Origin: Planktothrix sp. GU0601_MAG3
GTDB lineage: Bacteria; Cyanobacteriota; Cyanobacteriia; Cyanobacteriales; Microcoleaceae
Reading direction: 5' to 3'
Length of the DNA: 64,000 nucleotides
NCBI GenBank assembly: GCA_035193785.1
Contig: CP136572.1
Coordinates: 1,344,001-1,408,000, forward strand
The translations under genes were made by a program, and so were the position numbers. This document shows positions 30,091 to 45,163 of the stretch, piece by piece; the first letter of the stretch is position 1; each line of letters opens with the position of its first letter. The notes beneath the pieces were generated by a model. The model was not told the origin of the DNA. It worked only from the letters and a program-made list of their open reading frames with translations, and made no database searches.

Positions 30091-32030
30091 ATGCAGGCTT
30101 CTCGATACCGAATTTTAGGGTTAGTAGGACAAGGCCAGTTTGGTAAAGTTTACTGTGCCAGCGATCGCCGTACTGGACGACTCGTGGCTCTGAAGGAAAC
30201 TGAGTCATCAAAGCGCCCCTACCCACCAATTTTTACAAGAACTATGGTTCATTATCAGTTTACAACATCCTAATATTGCCACTTGTTTAGGTCTTGAACA
30301 TATCCAGACCGGACGCTATTTGGTCATGGAATATTGTGAAGGGGGAACACTGCGTTATCTCATCGAACAACAAAACTCCCTACGTCTACAAGAAGCATTA
30401 AACCTGATCATCGGCATTTTAGATGGTTTAGACTACGCCCATCAACGGGGTATTATTCACTGTGATATTAAACCTGAAAATATCCTACTCACCCTCAAAT
30501 CCCAAGGGTGGGAGCCAAAATTATCAGACTTTGGCATTGCTCGCCGTCTTCCCCTGGAGGGAAAACTGTCCCATTCAGAAAGGCCCTCCACTTTTACCGG
30601 GGGATCTCCTGCTTACATGGCCCCGGAGCGATTTTATGGCATTTATTCCCCTCGGTCGGATGTTTATGCGGTGGGGATTGTCTTATTTGAACTATTGGCG
30701 GGCGATCGCCCCTTCCATGGGCTACCCGGTGAGTTAATGTCGGCCCACTTAAATCAACGATTGCAGATCCCGACGGAAATTCCTGAAGCCCTACAAACCA
30801 TCATTCAAAAATCCCTAGAAAAACTCCCAGCCCGTCGCTATAAAACCGCGGCAGAAATGGCGGAAGCATTGCGAAAAGCCCTAGTTAATCCTCAAATTCA
30901 AAGTATAGCTGAATCTATGATTTTGAGGCAACTTCCTGACTCCCCCGAAGACGAACAATTCTCCCAAGTTCAGGTTTCTGATCTGACTCTATCAGTTGAT
31001 CATCCTATTTTGTTACCTGCGGTGGGAAATTCCAAATTTCCCCTAAATTGTATTACTAATTTTCCCTATCTTTATACAGCGTTTGGTCAAACATTAAAAA
31101 TTTGGTCTCCCCCCCATAATTCTTCTCCGTCGCTGGCAAAAACCCAGGTTATTGCTCAAGATCCAATTAATTTCCCCGACCCGATTTTGGCTATGCAAAC
31201 GATGGGAAATGGGTGTTGTGTGATGACCAAAAATAAAATTTATTATGCGACTAATTTTCAAGATAATCCTAAATCCCTATTGAATTTAAGTGGGATTCAA
31301 TCCAATATATCTAATCATCAAGAATCACAAGACTATGATCAGCTTAAAACCGAAAAAAACCATCCTTTAACTCCTTTAAATATAGCTTCGTATAAAGATT
31401 TGTTATACAGAATTGCCATTGAACCAAAGGGTGGTTATATGGCTTTAGCCTTTTCGGGACAATTGCGATTTTATTCCCTCGCCGATAAACAGGGTTCCCC
31501 CGCTTTAAAACTGATTAAAAAATTATCTCTTTCTGTTCCTCAAATTCCAGAACTTATATTTTTAGACCGGAGATATTTACTCGGAGTTTGGCTAAACTTC
31601 AAAGAAAAAAACTGTAATATGCTCAGGGTTTATACCCGCCGAGGAAACCCCCATCGGAAAACTTAAATTGTCAATTCCTTTAAAACAAATTATTCCCACT
31701 TCTCAACCCTATACTGTGTTGGGGATTGGATGTGATGAGCAACCTCAGCTTATTATTTTACACTTAAAGCCCTTAAGTATTATTCGCATCTCTTTAAGCT
31801 CTCCACCCATAATCGCTTGCGCTACCTCTTGGGGATATGTTATAGCGGATAAACAGGGAAAATATACCTTCTTGAATTTAGAAGGAAAATTTTTAGGAGA
31901 TTACCTTGGCCCAGTTAATCCTCAAGCCATAACTTCCTGGGGGAAAACAGGTTTAGCAATTCTTACCGCCTCCGAACCCCAGGGTTACTTACATTTTGTA
32001 AAATCTATTAATCTTGAGCAAGACCTATGA
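30091..32030 (+). CDS. Hanks-type Ser/Thr protein kinase (SpkG-like by context), ~645 aa after corrections at 30196 and 31644
   Basis: GQGQFGKVY, VALKE, HCDIKPEN, DFG, YMAPE, DVYAVG; beta-rich C-terminal region. Confidence 0.9.
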
Positions 32031-33766
32031 ATAACAATCCATTAATAGAATCAATTGATCCCCTAGAAGTTACAACAATAAATACTATTGAGAAATCATC
32101 GACAATTCAACCTCAAAACTTAGATGATTTTATCGATCAAACCCTAATTAAATTTACTGATGCAGTTTCCTTTAATTCTATCTCTCGCTCTCCTGAAATT
32201 CCTGCTAATTTAGTCCAAGCAATGCAAGAATTGATTCAAATTATTGCCCATTTGCGATCGCCCAATGGAGCCTGGCCCACCAATTTACCCCAAACCCCTG
32301 AGAACCTAATTCCTTATGTTATAGAAGAAGTTTCTGAAGTTTTAACAGCCTATAGGGGAATTACAAATGGGGAATATTTCACTTCCTCCCCCTCCCCCGC
32401 CTCCCCTGCTCCCCCTGCTCCCCCTGCTCCCCTGCTCCAGCCCCCGGTTATTTTATTTCTTAATACATTCGTTTCTCAATTATTGTGGAATTTATCCCAG
32501 ACTTCCTATCAATTTATGCGACTATTGACCGGAATTAATGCTGAGATTTTATTACCCAATCAAGATTGGACACCCGGAAAATTAAGATTAGTTGCCAGTT
32601 TAATCATTAAAACCGAAAAGCTACAGAGTGCAATAGATCTAGCAACCAGTTTTTTTCCTCCTCCATTTATTCCGACCGAAGCCTATATTCAATCCAATGA
32701 TTGTGACCTATGTCAGCATCCTTTAGAGGTTCAATCTTTACTAAAACAAATTACCCATCACCTGCAAGATAATCTGCATCAAATTAATTTCTTAACTAAT
32801 CCCATCAATACTGAAATTTTTTATCCCAAAAGTCAATGGGAGCCGAGTCAAATCAATATAGAAATTGGATTTCAATTTATTCCTGACCTGGAAACATCAA
32901 AGGTCAGTCCCCTTTATTATTCTTGGGAAGATGATCAGACAGAAGATGATTTTTTAAAGACAAATACACCAATTCAAGATGTTGAATATTCAATTTTGGC
33001 TTCCGTTTCTCAAGCCTCTTTATTAAAAACACAAATTCGACTCACCGACCCAGGAATCATTCAACCCTATATTCAGAGCCAAATTCAAAATTATGGTTTA
33101 CACTGGCTTAAACAACAAAAACAATCCCATAATCTGAACCTTTCCGCCAAAACCATTTCAATTCCTGATCTTCAAGCCGAACAGTCCTCTTTTATCGACT
33201 TAATTCAAATTGCAGATGAATTAGTTGATATTATTTACAGTCCCCAATCTCCCTCCAGTTTGATGCGTCTCCAGCCTGAAATTCCACTAATAGAATTATC
33301 CCTAAGATTACTATGGCAGATGGTTAAAAGCAGTTATAATATTATGCAACTTATTAGTGGAATTAAAGCCAAAGTCCTACAACCTGGATTAGTTTGGGAA
33401 ACCGGACATCTGAGGTTATTAGCAGTTTTAAATGCGGAATTTCAAAACGATTCTTGGGAAGTAGATATTGCCAGCAGTCAACCTCTGCAATTTGACGTAA
33501 ATCTCCTTATCCCTAGCTCAATTATCCAGTCAGATAGCCATGAATGGTGTCGATTTCCTCAATTAATAGAATTTTTAAAACTGCAAATTATTAATTTATT
33601 AGAAACCACTCCCGAACTTAAAAGTTGGATCAAAGGAGTCAAAATAGATTGGGGTAATTCCCAGGAAAATTTAAAACTATCTATTCCTTGGAAATCTGGA
33701 TTTGCTCAACTTAGCTTTGATTTTGAATGGATTCCCGATCAGTTATCGACAAAAAATCAGTTTTAA
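32027..33766 (+). CDS. Hypothetical protein with MazG-like N-terminal segment and repeated KGK-like modules
   Basis: LIQIIAHLRSPNGAWP....QTPENLIPYVIEEVSEVL; duplicated LLW...S.SY..M.L+.GI.A.+L.P...W..G.LRL. Confidence 0.6.
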   Translation: MNNNPLIESIDPLEVTTINTIEKSSTIQPQNLDDFIDQTLIKFTDAVSFNSISRSPEIPANLVQAMQELIQIIAHLRSPNGAWPTNLPQTPENLIPYVIEEVSEVLTAYRGITNGEYFTSSPSPASPAPPAPPAPLLQPPVILFLNTFVSQLLWNLSQTSYQFMRLLTGINAEILLPNQDWTPGKLRLVASLIIKTEKLQSAIDLATSFFPPPFIPTEAYIQSNDCDLCQHPLEVQSLLKQITHHLQDNLHQINFLTNPINTEIFYPKSQWEPSQINIEIGFQFIPDLETSKVSPLYYSWEDDQTEDDFLKTNTPIQDVEYSILASVSQASLLKTQIRLTDPGIIQPYIQSQIQNYGLHWLKQQKQSHNLNLSAKTISIPDLQAEQSSFIDLIQIADELVDIIYSPQSPSSLMRLQPEIPLIELSLRLLWQMVKSSYNIMQLISGIKAKVLQPGLVWETGHLRLLAVLNAEFQNDSWEVDIASSQPLQFDVNLLIPSSIIQSDSHEWCRFPQLIEFLKLQIINLLETTPELKSWIKGVKIDWGNSQENLKLSIPWKSGFAQLSFDFEWIPDQLSTKNQF

Positions 33767-33856
33767 GTCGTTTATGATCAGCAATGATTCTTAAACAATT
33801 AAAACCTAATTTATAATCATTAGGCTTTAAATCAAACTATTACACCGACAACCCAA

Positions 33857-34544
33857 ATGTATACTTATGCTTTTTTCAAAACACCCACATCAACCCTTAA
33901 ACTCCCTTCTGGAATTAGAGGTTGTTTAGAAATTATAGGTTTTCAAGGATTATCCGCCTTAGTAGAACCCGATTTAAAAGCTCAAGACCTCCCAGATACC
34001 GATGAAACAGTTAATACAGGCCGTTTTAACCCATGATCAAATTATCCGTTCTGTTTTTGAACAAATCACCCTATTACCGCTGCGCTTCGGAATGTGTTTT
34101 CATTCCGCCATCGCACTTTCCGAGCATTTAGCTCTGCATCAACAGGACTATTTACAAAAACTAGAGCAATTCCAAGGGAAGACCGAGTATTGCGTACAGG
34201 GAATTCCCCTCGAACCCACCCCAGTTCGTACTCCCCCCAACCCCATAAACCCATCCCCCCAGGGAGGACGAGACTACTTTTTAGCCAAAAAACAACTCCA
34301 TCAGCTTCAAATCGACCATCAACAGCAGCAAGTCCAGGAATGGCAACAGCTAGTTAACACCCTTAGCCAAACCTATACAGAAATCCATTTCGCCGATAGT
34401 CAACCCAAGCGAGAACGCATCTATATATTGATTCACCAAACCCAATCGCCCCAACTTCGAGAGAAACTCGACCAATGGCAAAACCAATCCCCCCATTGGC
34501 AGTTAACCCTTGGGGACGCCATACCCCCCTATCATTTTCTATAA
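33857..34544 (+). CDS. GvpL/GvpF-family gas vesicle protein (GvpW-like), ~228 aa after correction at 34004
   Basis: MYTYAFF...LPSGI...LSALVEP...AVLTHDQII...LLPLRFG...GRDYFLAKK...PPYHF. Confidence 0.8.
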
Positions 34545-34672
34545 ACACCACTTTGTATGGCCCACATCGAACAATATTCGTCCCTTCCATCTACATCGTT
34601 AAAGGGTGAGTTGTCTAAAAGGCTGATTATACAAGGGATTCCCAGACCAGGAAAAAAAGATCAGAAAAAGGG

Positions 34673-34701
34673 TTGACAAGACCGTGGAGGTTAGATATAT
34701 T
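34673..34701 (+). promoter_or_regulatory. rRNA operon sigma70-type promoter
   Basis: TTGACA (34673-34678), 17-bp spacer, TATATT (34696-34701). Confidence 0.8.
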
Positions 34702-34884
34702 AGTAAATGCGCTCGAGAAACGAAAGCGACGAGAGCGTCCCGAACCTAGAAAAAAGAATACGTTTGAAAGTCGAATTTACAAACTCCTAGTCAAAAAACT
34801 AACAGAGGAGTCAACTGTAAAGTTGATGACTCAAAAATAACATGACTAATCTAATTAGTCAAGAGAAGAGCTAACAGATTCTTC

Positions 34885-36376
<1,492 letters not shown>

Positions 36377-36495
36377 TTAGGGAGACCTACTTTTGAGTCG
36401 AGTGTTCAATCCAAAACATAACACCCTCAAAAGTCATCCCAAGGTCGTGCTAGGAAAAAAAAGAGACTTTCAAACGTATCTCAAGTTCGGAAAAA

Positions 36496-36569
<74 letters not shown>

Positions 36570-36581
36570 CCTAAACAATGT

Positions 36582-36654
36582 GGGGGTATAGCTCAGTTGG
36601 TAGAGCGCTGCCTTTGCAAGGCAGATGTCAGCGGTTCGAGTCCGCTTACCTCCA
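36582..36654 (+). tRNA. trnA: tRNA-Ala(TGC)
   Basis: GGGGGTATAGCTCAGTTGGTAGAGCGCTGCCTTTGCAAGGCAGATGTCAGCGGTTCGAGTCCGCTTACCTCCA. Confidence 0.98.
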
Positions 36655-36864
36655 CTGAAAATATTCCTAGAACAAATCAGCACTACAGCTTTCCGTCAAG
36701 AAAGAGTAAATGCTGGAAAAAGTTCCAGCCAGAACCTTGAAAACTGCATAGAAGAATCAGAAGGGATCAAAAAATGAAACCAGAAACCGGGAATAAGAAA
36801 CCCGGAAAAGTTCTGGTGTTCAGGAGTTCGGAAACGAACAGAAATTCTCTAAAAAAGAGAAAGT

Positions 36865-39750
<2,886 letters not shown>

Positions 39751-39850
39751 CAATTTAACTACTCTTCTGATTCTCTATGCAGTCTTCAGTTTTCTGTTTG
39801 ATTCAGTTATTAAATAATTGAAATAAAATAATTGAATAATTAAATAGAAT

Positions 39851-39885
39851 AACTGCCCCGATTAAAACTGGGGCAGTTTCTGTTT
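39851..39885 (+). terminator. Rho-independent terminator closing the rRNA operon
   Basis: AACTGCCCC-GATTAAAACT-GGGGCAGTT followed by TCTGTTT. Confidence 0.75.
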
Positions 39886-39923
39886 AAAGATTTTTGATTC
39901 AAATAGATGGATAGATAGACTGT

Positions 39924-40181
39924 ATGTGTCTCAAGCAAGTTTTTGTTTGTCAAAACCGTACCTGTCGTAAACAAGGGAGTGACCGGATATTAGCATTATT
40001 TGAGGAACAGTCTGATTCTGGGATCAAGATTCAAGGAATAGGCTGTTTAGGAAAATGTGGCTCCGGGCCAATTGTGATCATTTTACCCGATGAAGTCTGG
40101 TACTATCATTTTAACCCTAGAGATGTGCCTAGGATTATCCAACAATATTTATCGGCAGGATGTGGAGAGCTTGAAAATTGA
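39924..40181 (+). CDS. Thioredoxin-like (2Fe-2S) ferredoxin
   Basis: VCQNRTCRKQGS...GCLGKCGSGP...PDEVWY. Confidence 0.85.
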   Translation: MCLKQVFVCQNRTCRKQGSDRILALFEEQSDSGIKIQGIGCLGKCGSGPIVIILPDEVWYYHFNPRDVPRIIQQYLSAGCGELEN

Positions 40182-40218
40182 ATGATCTGATTCTTTCTTC
40201 TTCTCTCCCCAAACTTGA

Positions 40219-41263
40219 TCAAGATGGATGGGTTACAAAAGGAACATCTACGACTTGTCCCTCTACTTCACCCACTTTAACCTTTGAACCGACTCCACCC
40301 GCCTTAGTGCGAATATAACCTAAACCAAAATGTTCTCCATCACTATTGGTATAACTGGTTAATTTTCCGACTTTAACATCATCAATCAATATCGGAGTTC
40401 CCGCCGAAACGGGCGCATTCAAACGAATACCCCAGAGTTTTTGTTTAACACCTTTATAGGTATTGAGACGAGTAATTGTTTCTTGGCCAATATAGCAACC
40501 CTTATCAAAGGATAGAGTTTGCCATAAACCCGCCTCCAAGGGGTTGTAATCTTCTGTAAGTTCTGTATCAGGTGCGGGACGGCCGGCTAAAACCCTTAAA
40601 TGCTGCCAAACGTTCTCACCCAAAGGAATAGCACCCCCCTGAATTAATACTTGCCAAACCGAGGCGGCAACGGATGCAGGAATGATCAGAGTATAGCCAA
40701 GGGTGTCCAAACCACTGCCCACAGCAATGCGGAGACTAGAAACCCGCAATTTCAACTAATTGATGGGAGCCGTAGGGTTGCTGTTGTAAATCTATGATGC
40801 CGAACTTGTTAAGAACCTGGGGACTATCTGGGCCGAGAAGACTAAAAACCGTATAATCATGGGTGATATCCTGCAACTCGACCTGATCCATCGGGAAAAT
40901 ATACCGATCTAGCCATGGCATCAACTGTTGACGACGGTTTGGTGAAACTAACAGGAGAATGGCATCTTCTGTGATCAGGGCCGTCGCTAAGTCAATAGTT
41001 CGAGCCGTAGAAGTGACGAATACCGTATCACAACCTTCTCCGGGTTTGAAACTCTGAATGGAATTGGTGCTTTGATTATGTAAAAATCGCAGTCGGTCGG
41101 CTCCCGAAATTTTTAATAGTCCCCAGTGAGACCGATCATAGATTGCAACACCCTGTTTTGTGGCGGTGATGGCTTCAGTATCATTGCCAAAACTGATGGG
41201 AATGTTTGAGTCGGCAAAAATAGCCCCGATAGAGGCTTGTAAATTCTGTAATTCTGAAATCAT
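40219..41263 (-). CDS. ygfZ: Folate-binding protein YgfZ (GcvT family), ~347 aa after correction at 40739
   Basis: DRLRFLHNQSTN; signature KGCYIGQE. Confidence 0.9.
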
Positions 41264-41305
41264 GGCGGGAGTCCTCTTTTTGCATTTATAGATAGAGAAT
41301 GAAGA

Positions 41306-41704
41306 TCAAGAATAGGGAGCATCTGAGGGTAAATTAGCAAATAAATCTTGAATAATTTTACGAGTTTTAGTTTCTAGGTTTTGCCAATCCACATCTCCTA
41401 TTCCTTGATCAATTAAGCTCATATCAATTTCAACCTCAAAACTTTCTTGGGTGGTATGGGTCAGGTGATAGTTTTGAAAACAGATCTGATAACACAATTC
41501 CCAAATATCGACACTAACGTGCTGACCATTATGCTCCAATTCTAACCGATATCCAGGGAGAGGATCTTGGACTTCCTGATAACTTCCTGTCCAAATAGAT
41601 TCGTCTAATTGTTTACGGATGTTGTCTAGGAGGCGAATCAAAGCTGGCTGCATCAGGAGTTCAGCCTGTTGCCAAGCCAGGGGATCTTTAATTTTAGGTT
41701 TCAT
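41306..41704 (-). CDS. Conserved cyanobacterial hypothetical protein
   Basis: AWQQAELLMQPALIRLLDNIRKQL...WELCYQICF; clean ORF. Confidence 0.75.
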   Translation of the reverse strand: MKPKIKDPLAWQQAELLMQPALIRLLDNIRKQLDESIWTGSYQEVQDPLPGYRLELEHNGQHVSVDIWELCYQICFQNYHLTHTTQESFEVEIDMSLIDQGIGDVDWQNLETKTRKIIQDLFANLPSDAPYS

Positions 41705-41820
41705 ATATCTGAATTTTCCAGGGATTTTTTTATTGTCTGATGTTTATGCTAAAAGTGCCAAATCTTCTTGAAATCAGAAGTAATTAATACTGATCGGGTA
41801 TTTTTTAATGATAATTAACT

Positions 41821-43732
41821 CTAAAAATCTTCTTCACTGCTATTTCCTGCTGGTTGATCAGAGGGTAAAAATAAAACGGGTTTCCCGCTAATCAGGCGAT
41901 TAATTTCAGCTAGAGTTTCCGTTCGAGATAGTCCATCTCTGGTGATTAAAAGTTTTAAAATATCAAAACTGGTGGTTTTTGTAGAGAAATAACCTCCATG
42001 AATATCAACTTTTCCCGCAATAAAAAATAAGGTGTTGATCAGATCAATAATCAGACTTGTCCAAATATTTAAGGGGAGAGAGGTACAATTTAATCCCGGC
42101 ATTTCAGAACAATCAATATAGTTAAACTTTTCAAATAAATCATAGGCTGATGTGGGTTGAACTGCTGATTGGGAACTAATCATCAACCGAATATAAGGCT
42201 GATAATCAATTTGATTTTGGGACTTTTTAAAAGGTTTTAAATAAACATTTCCCAGTCGTAATCCTGACATTTCTATACTGGGTTTCACTAAACCAATTGC
42301 CTAAAATAGAAAGATAGCGAAGAATCAAATCTCGATCGCTAGAAAACAAATAAATTTCATTACATCGTAAAATGGCAGAACGCACATAATTATTCCGACC
42401 TTCTCGAAGAAATTCTAAGGGAATATCAGGGGAAGTTAAAATGAGTTTGTCTAGTTGTAGGTAATCACCCATGTTGTTTTTTTCATATTCTAAGCGATCT
42501 TCTTTGCCAAATCGATCGGAGAGAATTCTCAGGACATTTACAATAACTAACCCCCCCATACTATGTCCAATTAAATTAACATTCATTACCGGAAATTTTT
42601 GGTTATAATAATTGGCAATAGCCGTTTCTTTTTGCGGTTCAAAAAAAGGCATAGATGTATAGGGATTGTCCCCTAAAACCTTATCTAATCTCCAAAAAAA
42701 TTCTGCTAAATCCGGTGCGCCATAGTGAATTGCTCGATAGCGATCGCGTTGATAAACAGAAATTCTTAAAATCTGCATTAATAATAACCACAGGATAAAA
42801 ACCGTTAGGGTTACTCCATTCCATTGAGCCATTAAATCAGAAATTTCATGCCAATTAAACCAATGCCAAAAAGGAGATAAAGGTGGTTCTATCCCTAATA
42901 AATTAACCAGGGGAACCCCCAGGAAGGTTAAGAGAATATAAAATCCCGTACCAAACATCCAAGCTAATAGAGCGACAATAAATAAAAACTTTAATGAAAG
43001 ACCTTTTTGTTCAGTTATATCGCTCCATAATCCGGGATTAATTAAGGGCATTTCACTCGGCCAATGGTAACCAATATAAACACTCTTATTTTCTAAGGTT
43101 CCAATTTGATTAATCGGCCCCTTCACGGATAAGGATTCTATTTCTGCGATAAATTCTTGATAAAATTTATAAGCTGGACTGGCGTAACCATGGGTTTTTA
43201 AGGTGATGCGTTCAAAGTTTGCCGTCCGCATCATTCGTCCCATTTCAGCAATATTAAATAGGGGGCGAAATCTTTTTAAAGGGGGCAATTGTCGATCTAC
43301 ATTTAATGAAGTGCGGGCGGTACTAACGACTAAAAAACTATTGGAATATTGACGATCAACATAAATTTCAAAATTACGACTTACTGCTTTAGCAAATTGT
43401 TTATTATGCCAACTATTTAAGGATCTAATTACATAATCTTCATTAACTTGACTATCAAAATCCGGGTATTCTTCTAAATTGCAGGTAGAACGTAAGGCTT
43501 GTGCAATTTCTAATTCAGAACGATAACTACCATAGAGAGGCAAATTATAGAGGGTTTGGGTCTTCCTTCCCTTGGGAACAGAATAGGCTAGTTGGATAAT
43601 ACGAGCTTTTGTCCAAGCATCGGAAAAGGGTGCTGTATTGCGAACAATAGACTCTAACCAACCAGAGTCATTTTCCATGGTTTCTTGATGCCAGTACAGG
43701 GGTAAACCTTTGTATATCTGCTGAGTACCCAT
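41821..43732 (-). CDS. Alpha/beta hydrolase (DUF900-like) with two TM segments, ~636 aa after correction at 42282
   Basis: THGY, IGYHWPS, nucleophile elbow LIGHSMGG, LILTSPDI, SSDRDL.L. Confidence 0.75.
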
Positions 43733-43818
43733 AGTGCTTTTAATCAGTGATCAGTGATCAGTTATCAGTTATCAGTGTAAGAGTAATCAGTAGCTTTCAA
43801 ATTAGAATCTTACACCAA

Positions 43819-44221
43819 TTACTGATTACTAATTATTGATAACTGATTACAGCGATCGCATAACCCAAAAAACTCTAAGGTATGGTAATAAATTTTAAAA
43901 TTGTGGGATTGTTGTAGTTCAATTTCCAGGTGGTGGACAGGACAGTCATCGAGGGGAATCGAAACGTCCACATTCAACACAGGTGAGATGATGTTCGTCT
44001 TGCTGCATACAACTATAAACCGCCTCCCCCGTTGTTAAGGTGCGGACATTAATTAACCCTTCCCGTTTTAAAGCATCTAAGGAGCGATAAACCGTGGCTA
44101 ACCCCATCATTTGGTTTGTTTTGCGCAACTCCAAATAAAGGTCTTGAGCGGAAACCGATCGTTTTAGGGCTTTAAGTTTGGTGAGAATCCGGTCTTGACT
44201 ACGGGTGCGACGAGGTTTCAT
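43819..44221 (-). CDS. zur: Fur-family regulator, Zur/FurB type (~133 aa after correction at 43961)
   Basis: TRSQDRIL...SAQDLY.ELR...MGLATVYRSL..LK.EG...HHLTCVECG.SIP...CPVH.LE...FKIYYHTLEFFGLC..C closely resembles cyanobacterial FurB/Zur. Confidence 0.85.
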
Positions 44222-44320
44222 TATCAATTATTTGCAAATCTTACCTGTTTATGTGGCTATTTTAACAGGATACAATATAGAAACCCTGACCTGTATGAAC
44301 GGCTGACGGATAGGAGGAGA

Positions 44321-44677
44321 TTATTCCTCATCGTCCAAGGGATGAAGTGATGGCTTCTGAAATAAAGATTTGACTTTAGCCATACCAGATTGGAGTTTTT
44401 TTAGGGGTTTAATCTGTTGAAAGACCATCACCCCACCGGTCACTAACATCCAAAGTAAGCCTAGGCCATTGAGCAACACATAAAGTGGCTCTAAGGTTTG
44501 TCCTAAATACTCACCTTCGTGGATACTCATAAGAAGATGTACTTGGTCGCGGGATAGTCCCAACCAACTTTTCCCCACCCGATAGGAAACACCTGTGGTG
44601 ACGGTAACGAACAAAGGCAGCAAAACAATCGGTGCCAAGGTACGATGCCATTTTCTCAGGTGTTGATTCAGGTTCAT
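44321..44677 (-). CDS. PepSY-associated TM-helix small membrane protein
   Basis: LRKWHR.LAPI..LP...T..TG...LM.IHEGEYLG..LEP.YVLLNGLGL. Confidence 0.75.
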   Translation of the reverse strand: MNLNQHLRKWHRTLAPIVLLPLFVTVTTGVSYRVGKSWLGLSRDQVHLLMSIHEGEYLGQTLEPLYVLLNGLGLLWMLVTGGVMVFQQIKPLKKLQSGMAKVKSLFQKPSLHPLDDEE

Positions 44678-44700
44678 GATGTTGCTCAGTCAAAATTCAA

Positions 44701-45018
44701 CGGGACTGGGCGGATTTGAACCGCCGACCTAGCGCTTCAGATTTGTGTGAGTTTCCCCACTCTCTGGACTATTCCTTCACCGTAGGCGGGTATCGCCCGT
44801 AGGTGGTGGCCGTTTGTCTAAAGAATAAAATTATTATTCCCTAGAGCCAGTCTCTGCACCTTCTTTCCTTGTTTAGAGGGAAAGCTTGGCTCAAGATTAC
44901 CTTATCGGTTTCCCGACTTAGGCTTCCTTGAGTTTGACCACATTCACTCACAGGGTTTCCCCCAATGGTGCCCGATTCTTCAGGAGGCGCTTGCTCTATC
45001 CACCTGAGCCACAGCCCC
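44701..45018 (-). tRNA. trnR: tRNA-Arg(CCT) interrupted by a group I intron (exons 45018-44982 and 44737-44701)
   Basis: Spliced: GGGGCTGTGGCTCAGGTGGATAGAGCAAGCGCCTCCT|AAGCGCTAGGTCGGCGGTTCAAATCCGCCCAGTCCCG. Complete cloverleaf with anticodon arm AGCGC-CTCCTAA-GCGCT. Confidence 0.93.
44738..44981 (-). ncRNA. Group I self-splicing intron (244 nt, no ORF)
   Basis: Exon ends in U and intron ends in G; P1 CCU/GGG with U-G wobble. Core P (AAACTCAAGGAA), Q (AATCTTGAGC), R (CAGAGACT) and S (AAGGAATAGTCC); GAAA tetraloops. Confidence 0.9.
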
Positions 45019-45163
45019 AAATTGACACTATTTCTATAGTAGCATGATTTGCTCTCAATCTTATGATCACGGGGGAAAAATTTATATATAGCACTAGGGG
45101 AACACCGGAACACCGGAACACCGGAATCCTATATATCTCGTGACTTTGGCTCTAAAATGATAT

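Noticed and set aside
44841..45113. 90-aa ORF as an intron-encoded homing endonuclease
   Set aside because: It overlaps the tRNA exon and ribozyme core and has no LAGLIDADG, HNH or GIY-YIG motif.
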